A stretch of DNA of 64,000 nt from an uncultured Candidatus Poseidoniales archaeon (lineage in GTDB: Archaea; Thermoplasmatota; Poseidoniia; Poseidoniales; Poseidoniaceae). The DNA lies in the NCBI GenBank assembly GCA_964013535.1, contig CAXGWS010000004.1:22854-86853 (forward strand), given 5' to 3'. The notes under the pieces were generated by a model, which did not search any database, had not been told where the DNA came from, and was given only the letters and a program-made list of their open reading frames with translations. Made by a program: the position numbers and the translations under genes. Below, in pieces: positions 19,771 through 28,608 of the stretch. Within the stretch, counting starts at the first letter, position 1. Each line of letters starts with the position of its first letter.

Positions 19771-20559
19771 TTGATATTATGGACTGGATTAGGGATAAAT
19801 CTGCAATATGAGTTATATTTGCTGTTTGCTGGATTGGTAATAATCGCAGCATTATACTCAAGTGTTGGACATGGTGGAGCATCTGGATATTTGGCACTGC
19901 TTTCGCTAACATCGTATGGAGTTATGAGTCATGTATGGTTGAAACAACATGTTTGGGTGATGAATTTAGTTGTTGCATCTATTGCTTTTTATCACTATAA
20001 TAAATTGGGTTATCATAATACTAAACTTACCTTTCCATTCATAATTGCTAGCATTCCAATGGCCTTTATTGGTGGTGCAATAGCAGTTGATGCTGAGATC
20101 TATGATATCTTACTGTCACTAACATTGATTTGGGCATCATATAAAATTCTCAATATAAGTGATTTTTCTAACATTAAAGCGAGCCATCCTGGGAGTTTAG
20201 AATCGTATCTTTGGGGCGGTGGAATTGGGTTTTTTAGTGGGATTATTGGTGTTGGTGGGGGTATCTTTCTTTCCCCAATTATACTATTGAAGGGTTGGGC
20301 TGACGTTAAAACTGCTGCAGCTACGGCAGCAATTTTCATCTTTGTTAACTCGCTTTCTGGATTATTTGGAATGGCAGCAGCAGCACAATTACAAATTGAT
20401 TATTCTCTACTATCAATCCTAATAATTGCGATAATTATTGGTGGATTTTTGGGTTCGTTATATGGTGCTAAATATGCCGGTAATAAGAGGGTGAGGAGTT
20501 TATTGGCGGTGGTTTTGATAGTTGCTGCTATGAAGCGTGTGATCGAATTAGTTGTTTAA
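19771..20559 (+). CDS. Sulfite exporter TauE/SafE family membrane protein (start uncertain)
   Basis: SSVGHGGASGY and GFFSGIIGVGGGIFLSP repeats; about 8 TM helices. Confidence 0.85.
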   Translation: MILWTGLGINLQYELYLLFAGLVIIAALYSSVGHGGASGYLALLSLTSYGVMSHVWLKQHVWVMNLVVASIAFYHYNKLGYHNTKLTFPFIIASIPMAFIGGAIAVDAEIYDILLSLTLIWASYKILNISDFSNIKASHPGSLESYLWGGGIGFFSGIIGVGGGIFLSPIILLKGWADVKTAAATAAIFIFVNSLSGLFGMAAAAQLQIDYSLLSILIIAIIIGGFLGSLYGAKYAGNKRVRSLLAVVLIVAAMKRVIELVV

Positions 20560-20566
20560 TGATTAA

Positions 20567-21796
20567 TTAATTTTGAAAAATGTTGTGTAGTTTTTCCGCT
20601 TGTTGCTGTGGTGAAAGTTTCAATTCTTCGATTCTTTTTCTACCAAACTCGGTCCATGATTTTCGAATCTCAGGTAACTTTGCTTGTGATAAGGCTTGAT
20701 GCCAACTTCTCACATCGTTGCGTTCGAGTAATCGACCACATTTTCCATCAATAATAGAATCTCTGAAGCCACCGTCGTTAACAAAAATGGCGGGGGTTCC
20801 AATTGAAAATGCCTCTATTGGACTCAAGCCAAATGGTTCTTTATGAGCCATACTTACAACCGCCAATGATTGTTGGATTAATATCGATAATTGCTGAGAA
20901 GATAATCTTGGTGCAATCCAAAGTTCAACTCCATTATCATCTGCATGGGATCTTAAGATTTGAAGCGATTCTGTAGTTCCGCCGCCTACATGAGCAACGG
21001 ATATTTTGCTGTCTGATAACATAGAAATCACCTCCATGGTGCCTTTTGCCCAGTTAGCGGTACCGATAGTAACAACATAATTCATTTCTATTGAGTTGGT
21101 AAAGGGGTTCTCGACGCCGTTTATGTTATCTGAATATTCTTTAGAATCGACGCAAGGATGTAAGTATGAGCAGTCGATTCCATAGACTTGTTTAATCCGT
21201 GCTGAAGTGTATGAGGAATTACCAGATATTACTGATTTTTTCCGGTTTGAGAACTTCTTGACAATTTTCAAATCGTTTTTCCTTCCTTTAGAAAGTAGTA
21301 TATTTGTTAATATCTTAGGTCTTTTCAAATTCCCATATAAGTCCCTGTGTAATGAATCCTCGTGATATCCTCGATGTGGTTCTAACAGATGTAAGTGCGC
21401 TTTTTTATCATAAGGGATCATTTCTAAAAAACCCAAATACCCATCGCCGCTAACAACATGAAAATAGTCGAATTTGGGTATGTCTGATATTAAATTCGGA
21501 CAGCTCTTCCACGCTTTAATCGATGTTGTATGGATTTTATCGAGGATTTGTGATAAACTGGTGTTAGGTGGTTGCCATGGTTGATTTGGTTGGTATAATC
21601 TGATTCCATTTTTATTACAAACGGATTCTAAATCTTGGCATGATGATAGTGTTGCAACTGATATGTCGTACCAATTTGTCAAATGAGGTAATACGCGCAA
21701 TAAATCTCGCTCTGCACCCCCCATCCTCGATATGATGCCTTTGGCAATTAGTAGCGATGGTTTTCCACTAGGCACATTTGTAGGGTGGGGTTTCAA
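20567..21796 (-). CDS. Glycosyltransferase family 4 (GT-B fold)
   Basis: GGAER N-terminal motif; EPFGLSPIEAFSIGTP donor-binding motif. Confidence 0.88.
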   Translation of the reverse strand: MKPHPTNVPSGKPSLLIAKGIISRMGGAERDLLRVLPHLTNWYDISVATLSSCQDLESVCNKNGIRLYQPNQPWQPPNTSLSQILDKIHTTSIKAWKSCPNLISDIPKFDYFHVVSGDGYLGFLEMIPYDKKAHLHLLEPHRGYHEDSLHRDLYGNLKRPKILTNILLSKGRKNDLKIVKKFSNRKKSVISGNSSYTSARIKQVYGIDCSYLHPCVDSKEYSDNINGVENPFTNSIEMNYVVTIGTANWAKGTMEVISMLSDSKISVAHVGGGTTESLQILRSHADDNGVELWIAPRLSSQQLSILIQQSLAVVSMAHKEPFGLSPIEAFSIGTPAIFVNDGGFRDSIIDGKCGRLLERNDVRSWHQALSQAKLPEIRKSWTEFGRKRIEELKLSPQQQAEKLHNIFQN

Positions 21797-21941
21797 CTAT
21801 ATTTCAACAACTGCACAATGTATGAAAAATTGTTGAAATAATGGAGGATATAGGTTTATATTGTAGACTGGGAAGAAAATAACAATACAAAATTATACCC
21901 GCTTTGGAAAGTAGGTTCGTGTAATAGGAAGTTGTGGAAGA

Positions 21942-22667
21942 ATGACTAGGCTAGTGTATATTGGAAACGATAAATGGCACAGTTGTTTCGATTCGTTGAT
22001 TAAAGATGAAGGTTTAGAAATCGTTCATTCCTTCATACCAAATGATTCATTCTACCTGAAGAATATGTGTGAGCAAAATAATTTAAATTACACATTAACG
22101 GAAAATGTAAACCATAATTTTGAAATTATCTCGACGTTGGATTTTGATATTTACTTGGTAATAGGCCACCCATTTCTACTTGATGAAAGGCTACTAAATC
22201 ATAAACAAGGAATTGGTTTCCATCCCTCACTATTACCAAAGAGGCGAGGGCGGGCACCCATAAATTGGGCCATTATTGACGGACTGAAAGAATCGGGAGT
22301 TACCCTTTTTTATCTGGCTGAAGGAATCGATAATGGTGGTATAATTTTTCAGGAAAAGTTCGCTATTAATGACCAGGATACTGCCGCGATTTTGATCAGG
22401 AAGATTTGTGCAATTTTGGTTAACAATTTGAAAAATATTCTGCATAGTTGGCCTGAATTACAAGTTATTCAACAAGACGAAAAAGAAGCAACTTATACAA
22501 TTAAACGAAATCCTAGCGATGGTGAGATAACCAGAGATATGAGTGCAAAGGATGCAGAAAGGATGGTTAGAGCGCTTAACGGACCTTACCCATCGGCTTA
22601 CATCACTATGAATAATGGAGAACGACTATACATTAACGAGGCGTCAATAAATGAGTTCGAAGAGTAA
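21942..22667 (+). CDS. Formyltransferase (Fmt/ArnA-N-terminal-like), probably a sugar N-formyltransferase
   Basis: GFHPSLLPKRRGRAPINW, SGVTLF and GIDNGGI motifs; C-terminal RALNGPYPSAY; sits inside a glycan cluster. Confidence 0.8.
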   Translation: MTRLVYIGNDKWHSCFDSLIKDEGLEIVHSFIPNDSFYLKNMCEQNNLNYTLTENVNHNFEIISTLDFDIYLVIGHPFLLDERLLNHKQGIGFHPSLLPKRRGRAPINWAIIDGLKESGVTLFYLAEGIDNGGIIFQEKFAINDQDTAAILIRKICAILVNNLKNILHSWPELQVIQQDEKEATYTIKRNPSDGEITRDMSAKDAERMVRALNGPYPSAYITMNNGERLYINEASINEFEE

Positions 22668-23436
22668 TTTTCCCTATACCCCATTCTCATATGATGAATA
22701 TAGACATATTCTACAACAATTGTTAGATAACTTACCGATATTAGACTATGCTGAGATAAATAATGAAACTGGTAGTTTCTGTATCATTAGGCATGATGTT
22801 GAATTTTCTTTAGAAAGAGCTTTGAAACTAGCAATTATTGAACATGAAATGGATGTTAAGGCTAGTTATTTTATTCAACTTAACAACAGTACATACAATG
22901 CAATATCTCATGAAAGTCTTAACATAATAAGAAAAATTAGTGAATTAGGACATAAGATTGGTATTCATTTTTCTCCAAGTAGTAGCAACGTAGATTTAGT
23001 TAAACAAGAGTTTTACTTTTTCAGAGATTTGTTTGAGAATAGATTGAATACGACAATTGACCGTTTCTCATTTCATAGACCCAATTTAAATCCACAATTA
23101 TTACAAAATAACATAAAAATTGACGGTGTGATAAATGCTTACGGTGATTTATATTTCGAATATTTCGATGGTAATGTTCCAAAAAATCCGGCGATAAAAT
23201 ATATTTCTGATTCAAATCATCAGTGGAAGTACGGTCATCCATTAGATGTAATTGAATCTGATTGTAAAAAAGTTCATATCTTAATACATCCATTTTCTTG
23301 GTCAAAGATTGGAGGGGATAATTTGGCTAATTATCAGTCTTTATTGGAAGAAAAAAATAATAGTTTAATGATTTCAATTAATTCAGAAATATCAAATTTT
23401 CCATTTGATGAAATAATGAAAAATAATGATATTTGA
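22651..23436 (+). CDS. Polysaccharide deacetylase-like (NodB/CE4-related) protein
   Basis: RHDVEFSLERAL, ASYFI, GHKIGIHF, FSFHRP and LIHPFSW motifs, typical of deacetylase-like proteins in glycan clusters. Confidence 0.65.
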   Translation: MSSKSNFPYTPFSYDEYRHILQQLLDNLPILDYAEINNETGSFCIIRHDVEFSLERALKLAIIEHEMDVKASYFIQLNNSTYNAISHESLNIIRKISELGHKIGIHFSPSSSNVDLVKQEFYFFRDLFENRLNTTIDRFSFHRPNLNPQLLQNNIKIDGVINAYGDLYFEYFDGNVPKNPAIKYISDSNHQWKYGHPLDVIESDCKKVHILIHPFSWSKIGGDNLANYQSLLEEKNNSLMISINSEISNFPFDEIMKNNDI

Positions 23437-23447
23437 ACAGTTTAAAT

Positions 23448-24287
23448 TTAGTTATGAAAAATTATCCCATCATCACCATGTCCTGAATTAAACATTTGTT
23501 CGAGTGTGGCAACGCCAACAGTGATTGGGTATGTAGAATCCTTTGATGGAATGGTGAGTTGGGTCAAATGTTTTGGTATGTTGTCGACAAAATCTGTTAA
23601 AGTAACACCTGCTACATTAGTTATGTGATGGGGGAGAAATTCAACAATTAGGGTGTTTGTATTTGAGAGAATTTCTTTCATCCCCCGCATGGCAAAATAT
23701 TCTGAACCTTCTATATCTATGAGTACTAGATCAAAATTTTTGTTTGAAAGATATGAATCGAGTGAATAGGCTTCTACACCTATAACCTCTGGATTGTCAT
23801 ATGTATACATGTAGTTATTGTTTACTGGGACTCTTTTACTGCCGCCAGAATTGACTGTATTCAACTGAAATTGTATTATCTCTTCCTTTTCACTTGCGGC
23901 TATATTATGGGCAACAATGTTTGAAACATTATTTAATTTTATATTCGTTTCAAATAGTTTGAAATTATTTGGGTTTGCTTCTATTGCAGTTACTTCTGAA
24001 CATATTTTAGCGACTGGTATTGCTAAGGAACCAATATGAGCACCAACAATCAATACCTTAGAATCATTGTCAATATAATTTGATATTCGATTGATTTCGT
24101 CGATTCCATACTCGCCTTTTGTCCTTAGTTTAGCGCCTACTTCAAGATCTGCGGCGTCAACAAGAAAGGTCCCGTTTTTTGTGTTTACAGTTAGTGCCGA
24201 AACATTACCATCAAGGCGTTTTTTTAACCGTTTAGATTTTCTATTTTTCAAGAAAAAATTTACTCGCCAATAAAGCGATTTAAGCAT
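23448..24287 (-). CDS. FkbM-family methyltransferase
   Basis: VGAHIG SAM motif, IEANPNNF and LIDIEGSEY motifs. Confidence 0.88.
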   Translation of the reverse strand: MLKSLYWRVNFFLKNRKSKRLKKRLDGNVSALTVNTKNGTFLVDAADLEVGAKLRTKGEYGIDEINRISNYIDNDSKVLIVGAHIGSLAIPVAKICSEVTAIEANPNNFKLFETNIKLNNVSNIVAHNIAASEKEEIIQFQLNTVNSGGSKRVPVNNNYMYTYDNPEVIGVEAYSLDSYLSNKNFDLVLIDIEGSEYFAMRGMKEILSNTNTLIVEFLPHHITNVAGVTLTDFVDNIPKHLTQLTIPSKDSTYPITVGVATLEQMFNSGHGDDGIIFHN

Positions 24288-24296
24288 TATAAATCC

Positions 24297-24602
24297 TCAA
24301 TCGAATTTCATTACGTGATTGCATTCAGGATATGAACAGCTCACTGTGTATCTCTGTTTCTTGGGTTTAGGAATTTTTAGACGGCAGCCACACATATCAC
24401 ATTGAACAACAAGAGTTTCGGGTTCTGATGGTTTCGGAGCATCTTCTAATACTCGTCCAGCTGCAGATTTTGACCAGCCTAATGAATCAGTATAATCGTC
24501 GGTCTTCTTGATTTTATTTTGTCTTAATGACAGGCGCATCTTTCTCTTCTTTTTACGTGGTTTTTGGTTACCGCCACTTCGAGTTGGTCTTTTCCTTGCC
24601 AT
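24297..24602 (-). CDS. Small basic protein with a C-terminal zinc ribbon
   Basis: K/R-rich N-terminus; CDMC...CSYPEC Cys pairs. Confidence 0.7.
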   Translation of the reverse strand: MARKRPTRSGGNQKPRKKKRKMRLSLRQNKIKKTDDYTDSLGWSKSAAGRVLEDAPKPSEPETLVVQCDMCGCRLKIPKPKKQRYTVSCSYPECNHVMKFD

Positions 24603-24705
24603 GCCAATCGAATACCGGTAAGGGTATAACTATTCAATCGCTTCGCAATATAGGTTGTATGATATTTTACATTATTTGATAAACTAAAGCGATTAATTCA
24701 TCTTC

Positions 24706-25227
24706 ATGCTAAAACGATTAGTTGTCTTGCTTGTATTCGCAGTCACAATGTCTGGAGATATTGGTCTGTTGCAGGATGAAGGAGAAGTACACACTGTTAC
24801 AGTAGATGGTTTTGGCACAAATATTAGGTTCGTCCCTGATACTTTAACAATAAATGAAGGTGACACTGTTAGGTTTCTTTGGAGTGGTCAGTTATTACCA
24901 CACAATGCTATTGAAGTAAATGAGTTGTTCAATTCTGGAGACGCAATGAGAAATGTTGACTATACATACACATTCAATTATACTCAATCTGGAGTGTATG
25001 AGTTTTACTGTGAGCCTCATAGAGACCTTGGAATGCTTGGTCAAATTACCGTTAATGATGTACAATTAAACAACACCACTGTAGAAACTGGGATTGAAAC
25101 TAAAAATGATGATGTGTTAAATCAAAATGATTCAAAAATTAGTACGAATTTACTATTGGCCGCTGGTGTATGTGTTATTGGTTTGATTTATTTTAGAACA
25201 AGAATTGATGATATTGCTAAAATTTAA
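24706..25227 (+). CDS. Plastocyanin/halocyanin-like type-1 blue copper protein, membrane anchored
   Basis: Signal peptide; PHNA His ligand; YCEPHRDLGM Cys/His/Met ligands; C-terminal TM helix. Confidence 0.9.
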   Translation: MLKRLVVLLVFAVTMSGDIGLLQDEGEVHTVTVDGFGTNIRFVPDTLTINEGDTVRFLWSGQLLPHNAIEVNELFNSGDAMRNVDYTYTFNYTQSGVYEFYCEPHRDLGMLGQITVNDVQLNNTTVETGIETKNDDVLNQNDSKISTNLLLAAGVCVIGLIYFRTRIDDIAKI

Positions 25228-25229
25228 CA

Positions 25230-26543
25230 TTATTCAATGATGTATGAATGACCATTCTCTGGTGAATGGGTGTTGATTCCATTGCTCTCCAATTCCTCTA
25301 CTAAGTGGGGTCTGGAATTATTGGGATCTGTGTGGTAAATTATAACGTCTTGTGGATCACATGAATAAACGAATTCAGTTATTTCTTTGTGACCTGCGTG
25401 GGTTGAGAATGAAAATTTTTCCCAATTAAGGGGTATGTTAACTTCTTTACCAAAAATGTCTAAACGTGACTTGGTTTGCAGTTTTCTACCTCCTGTGTCT
25501 TTTGCCTGATAACCAGTAAAGAAAATTTCATTTTCCATATTATGCCTTAGCCTGTTGAGATACCATATTGCTGGGCCGCCTTGCAACATACCTGATGTTG
25601 ATATGATTACATCGGCTTCAAGGGCTTTTTTCCTATCAGATTTACTTGATACTCTTTTTGACCAGTTCCAAGCATCATTAAGTGCAGATGGGTTACGTAA
25701 AAATTGATTGTGTTCAAGGTGTAATTTGGTTATTCTTTTACCCATACCATCAATGTGAACATCAAGCTCGGGACAATTCTGGTGGAGTCGCATCATCATA
25801 TCTTGCGTTCTACCGTTGGCAAAGGCTGGAATTAGAATAGTACCACCATTATCTGTTACTCTTATTACATTGTCAATAAACCTGGATAGTTCCAATTCTT
25901 GGTCTGCATGGTTCCTCCCGCCATAAGTTCCTTCAATGAATAATATATCTACATCCTCGGGTTTTGCTCCTTTTGTTAATGGAGAGTTTCTAGTATCAAA
26001 ATCGCCAGTGAAAAGAATATTTTTGTCATCAGTTTCTACCTTTAACATACCTGCACCAGGAATGTGACCGGCGTTGAGTAATGTTAATTTCCAATTTTCT
26101 TGTATCCATGAATCGTTAAAATCATGGGTAATCCATGAATCCATAGCAATATCAATGTCTCTTTTATCCCAAGGAAGGGGATATTTTTCAATACTGCTTA
26201 TTTTGTAACAATCATTCCACATCATACGAGATATTTCTGCAGTGAGCTCTGTACCATGTAAATTGGTGTTATAATTAGCAGGCAGCCATGGTGCCATTCC
26301 TAAATGATCAACATGTGAATGAGTGATAATTGCATTTTTTACAAATGGTGCTTCTTTTGGATATTTTGGAGGTGAAGTGGGAGCAATTCCATAATCTAGA
26401 AGCAGTCTATTTTTCGTTTTATCTTCTAAGACTACACCAACGTTACCTACTTCATTTCCACCACCAAGATAGTGATAGCGATACCCTGAATTAATCTGAT
26501 CTTCAGAATATTCTGAGGTCCTACCTGGGTTGTAAAATACCAT
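25230..26543 (-). CDS. MBL-fold beta-CASP ribonuclease (aCPSF-like)
   Basis: GGGNEVG, LLDYG, THSHVDH, GHIPGA, FTGD, EGTYG, TSGMLQGG and FSTHAG motifs. Confidence 0.9.
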   Translation of the reverse strand: MVFYNPGRTSEYSEDQINSGYRYHYLGGGNEVGNVGVVLEDKTKNRLLLDYGIAPTSPPKYPKEAPFVKNAIITHSHVDHLGMAPWLPANYNTNLHGTELTAEISRMMWNDCYKISSIEKYPLPWDKRDIDIAMDSWITHDFNDSWIQENWKLTLLNAGHIPGAGMLKVETDDKNILFTGDFDTRNSPLTKGAKPEDVDILFIEGTYGGRNHADQELELSRFIDNVIRVTDNGGTILIPAFANGRTQDMMMRLHQNCPELDVHIDGMGKRITKLHLEHNQFLRNPSALNDAWNWSKRVSSKSDRKKALEADVIISTSGMLQGGPAIWYLNRLRHNMENEIFFTGYQAKDTGGRKLQTKSRLDIFGKEVNIPLNWEKFSFSTHAGHKEITEFVYSCDPQDVIIYHTDPNNSRPHLVEELESNGINTHSPENGHSYIIE

Positions 26544-26600
26544 TCTGTATCATTATTGCTAAATTGTCATGTAACATTTAGTTGATGGATGAATAATAGA

Positions 26601-26843
26601 TCCCACCCCTTTATTTCTACTGGAAAAAAATTTTACAGATTGAGTATCTAATTTCTATTTGTTGACGTAATAATTTATAGACTACTTTCAAGATAAAACA
26701 GATGCCGTTTTCACTATTTCTTATTTTTTTACCATTTTCACTCTTAGTAAATTACAGTATCATTTTCAGTGGAAATAGGGGGGTCTTAACTTGTATACAT
26801 CCAATAATAGAAAAATCGGAAAAAACGTTTCCAGTGGGATAAA
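26601..26843. other. Candidate chromosomal replication origin (oriC): inverted ORB pair flanking an AT-rich DUE-like spacer, plus a mini-ORB
   Basis: Minus-strand TTCCAGTAGAAATAAAGGGGT at 26605-26625; plus-strand TTTCAGTGGAAATAGGGGGGT at 26764-26784; TTCCAGTGGGATAAA at 26829-26843; 138 bp spacer with 33 G+C (hand count). Confidence 0.75.
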
Positions 26844-26918
26844 TTTTCAATCAAAAATCGATTATTGTTTCTTTAGGAACCACATAAAATCAAAATGTAA
26901 TTGATTGTTAGCGGTTTT

Positions 26919-27125
26919 ATGGCAAGAGTTGTCGACCATGTCTTTCACGTTGACGAAGACAAATGCTATGGCTGCGGTGCCTGCATAGCTCTATGTCCAG
27001 TCAATGTTCTAGATCTTCATAACAGAATAGCTGTCGTTGATGAAAGTAATTGTACTCACTGTGAACTCTGTATCCCATCATGTCCAGTATTTGCATTAGA
27101 CATAATACCGGAGATTACCGTATGA
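26919..27125 (+). CDS. 2x[4Fe-4S] dicluster ferredoxin
   Basis: CYGCGACIALCP and CTHCELCIPSCP motifs. Confidence 0.93.
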   Translation: MARVVDHVFHVDEDKCYGCGACIALCPVNVLDLHNRIAVVDESNCTHCELCIPSCPVFALDIIPEITV

Positions 27126-27847
27126 CCACTATTGCTATTATTGGTAACAATCTAGTTGGCTTGTTTTGTGCAGGAATACTATCAGATAATAATGAAGTAT
27201 TGATAATAAATTCGGAATTAGAGTTGGGTTTTCCGGCAAGTTTTCCAGGCTCATCTAATGATATAAATTTTCTAAAAAACTTTCTTTCAGATCAACAAAT
27301 TGATCAATTATTTATCAAAGATTCTCTAGATTCTAGTAATTTTAGGTCTGAGTGGTTCAGTAAACTAGTTACTCATAAATTAGCAAAAAAAGGGGTATTG
27401 ATTGCCAATAGAACAAGAATATCTGATATCAATAATGTCGATGGCAACTTAATATTATCAACAACTGGAGGCTATCTTAATGTTGAAAATTTTGAATGTA
27501 AAACAATTCTAGATTTTTCTGAATATAGTTACAATCCACTTGCAAGTAAAACTCATCAATACAAATTAACTGATCGTAATATTATCAAACCAAAAATTGA
27601 TACTAAACAATTTTTTGTCGGAATATGTTTGGAAAGCGAAGCACATAACCTTTCAAAATATCAGTTAAAACTTCCAAGAAATGATGGTTTGGTAGAAACT
27701 TGGTATGACAAAGATAACTTAGAATCACCAAATAAAGGATGGATAGAATCAAAAACCGTCAAAGCTTATTTTGAATCTAAGATTATGCTTGTAGAAGATT
27801 ACTTTATCAAAGCCCAAGAAATATGTAAAAATATGGTGATACAATGA
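27122..27847 (+). CDS. Divergent, short FAD-oxidoreductase (geranylgeranyl-reductase-like) homolog
   Basis: Degenerate Rossmann start IAIIGNNLVG; ELGFPASFPG; R..F.K.......KKGV.I...TRISDI segment; ATGA overlap with the ferredoxin. Confidence 0.5.
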   Translation: MTTIAIIGNNLVGLFCAGILSDNNEVLIINSELELGFPASFPGSSNDINFLKNFLSDQQIDQLFIKDSLDSSNFRSEWFSKLVTHKLAKKGVLIANRTRISDINNVDGNLILSTTGGYLNVENFECKTILDFSEYSYNPLASKTHQYKLTDRNIIKPKIDTKQFFVGICLESEAHNLSKYQLKLPRNDGLVETWYDKDNLESPNKGWIESKTVKAYFESKIMLVEDYFIKAQEICKNMVIQ

Positions 27848-28608
27848 ATACTGAAAAATTATACATGAACGATATTGAATCAGCCTATTTCACAAAATTC
27901 AACGCCAAGGTTATTTCAGTTGAAGGCAATAAAATAGGCTTAGATAGGACCTTATTTTATCCACTTGGCGGTGGTCAAAACTGGGATTTTGGGCATTTTA
28001 ATACAGATAATGGATCTGTTAACGTTACCGAGGTTAGAGGTAGAAATCTAATTGAGCATCAAGTAGACGCGGATCATCAGTTGTCAATAGGTGATGAAAT
28101 AACTGGAGAAATTGACTGGGATAGGAGATACTCACACATGAGAATGCATACTTCTCAACACTTGATGTCTGGACTTGCATACGAAATGTTCAATGGCGTT
28201 AGGACTGTTGGAAATCAAATACATACATCACATTCTAGAATAGATTTCAATCCAATTAGTTTTACTGAAGAAATGATGGATAAACTTTCACAAAAGGCAA
28301 ATCAAATAATTAAACAAAACCTCGAGGTATCAGATTGTATAATGACTAGAGAACAAATAAATTCCATCATGCCGGAAGATAGGACAAATATGGATTTGTT
28401 ACCTAAATCCATAACAGATCTTAGGGTTGTAAAGATAGGTGATAATGTTGATTTGTGCCCATGTGCAGGAACCCACATATCAAATCTGTCAGAGCTTGGT
28501 GAAATTTCTATAATCGGTAAGAAGTCAAAAGGTAAGGGGACTCAAAGAATAACTTATGAATTAATCAACAATCCAAAGATTATAACCCCAAACTCACAAA
28601 TCATCTAA
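27844..28608 (+). CDS. alaX: Alanyl-tRNA editing protein (AlaXp)
   Basis: DRTLFYPLGGGQ, RYSHMRMHTSQHL (HxxxH) and DLCPCAGTH (CxGxH) motifs. Confidence 0.92.
   Translation: MNTEKLYMNDIESAYFTKFNAKVISVEGNKIGLDRTLFYPLGGGQNWDFGHFNTDNGSVNVTEVRGRNLIEHQVDADHQLSIGDEITGEIDWDRRYSHMRMHTSQHLMSGLAYEMFNGVRTVGNQIHTSHSRIDFNPISFTEEMMDKLSQKANQIIKQNLEVSDCIMTREQINSIMPEDRTNMDLLPKSITDLRVVKIGDNVDLCPCAGTHISNLSELGEISIIGKKSKGKGTQRITYELINNPKIITPNSQII

Noticed and set aside
21942-22667. Methionyl-tRNA formyltransferase (fmt) acting in translation initiation
   Set aside because: Archaea use unformylated initiator Met; the glycan-cluster context and short C-terminus favour a sugar formyltransferase.
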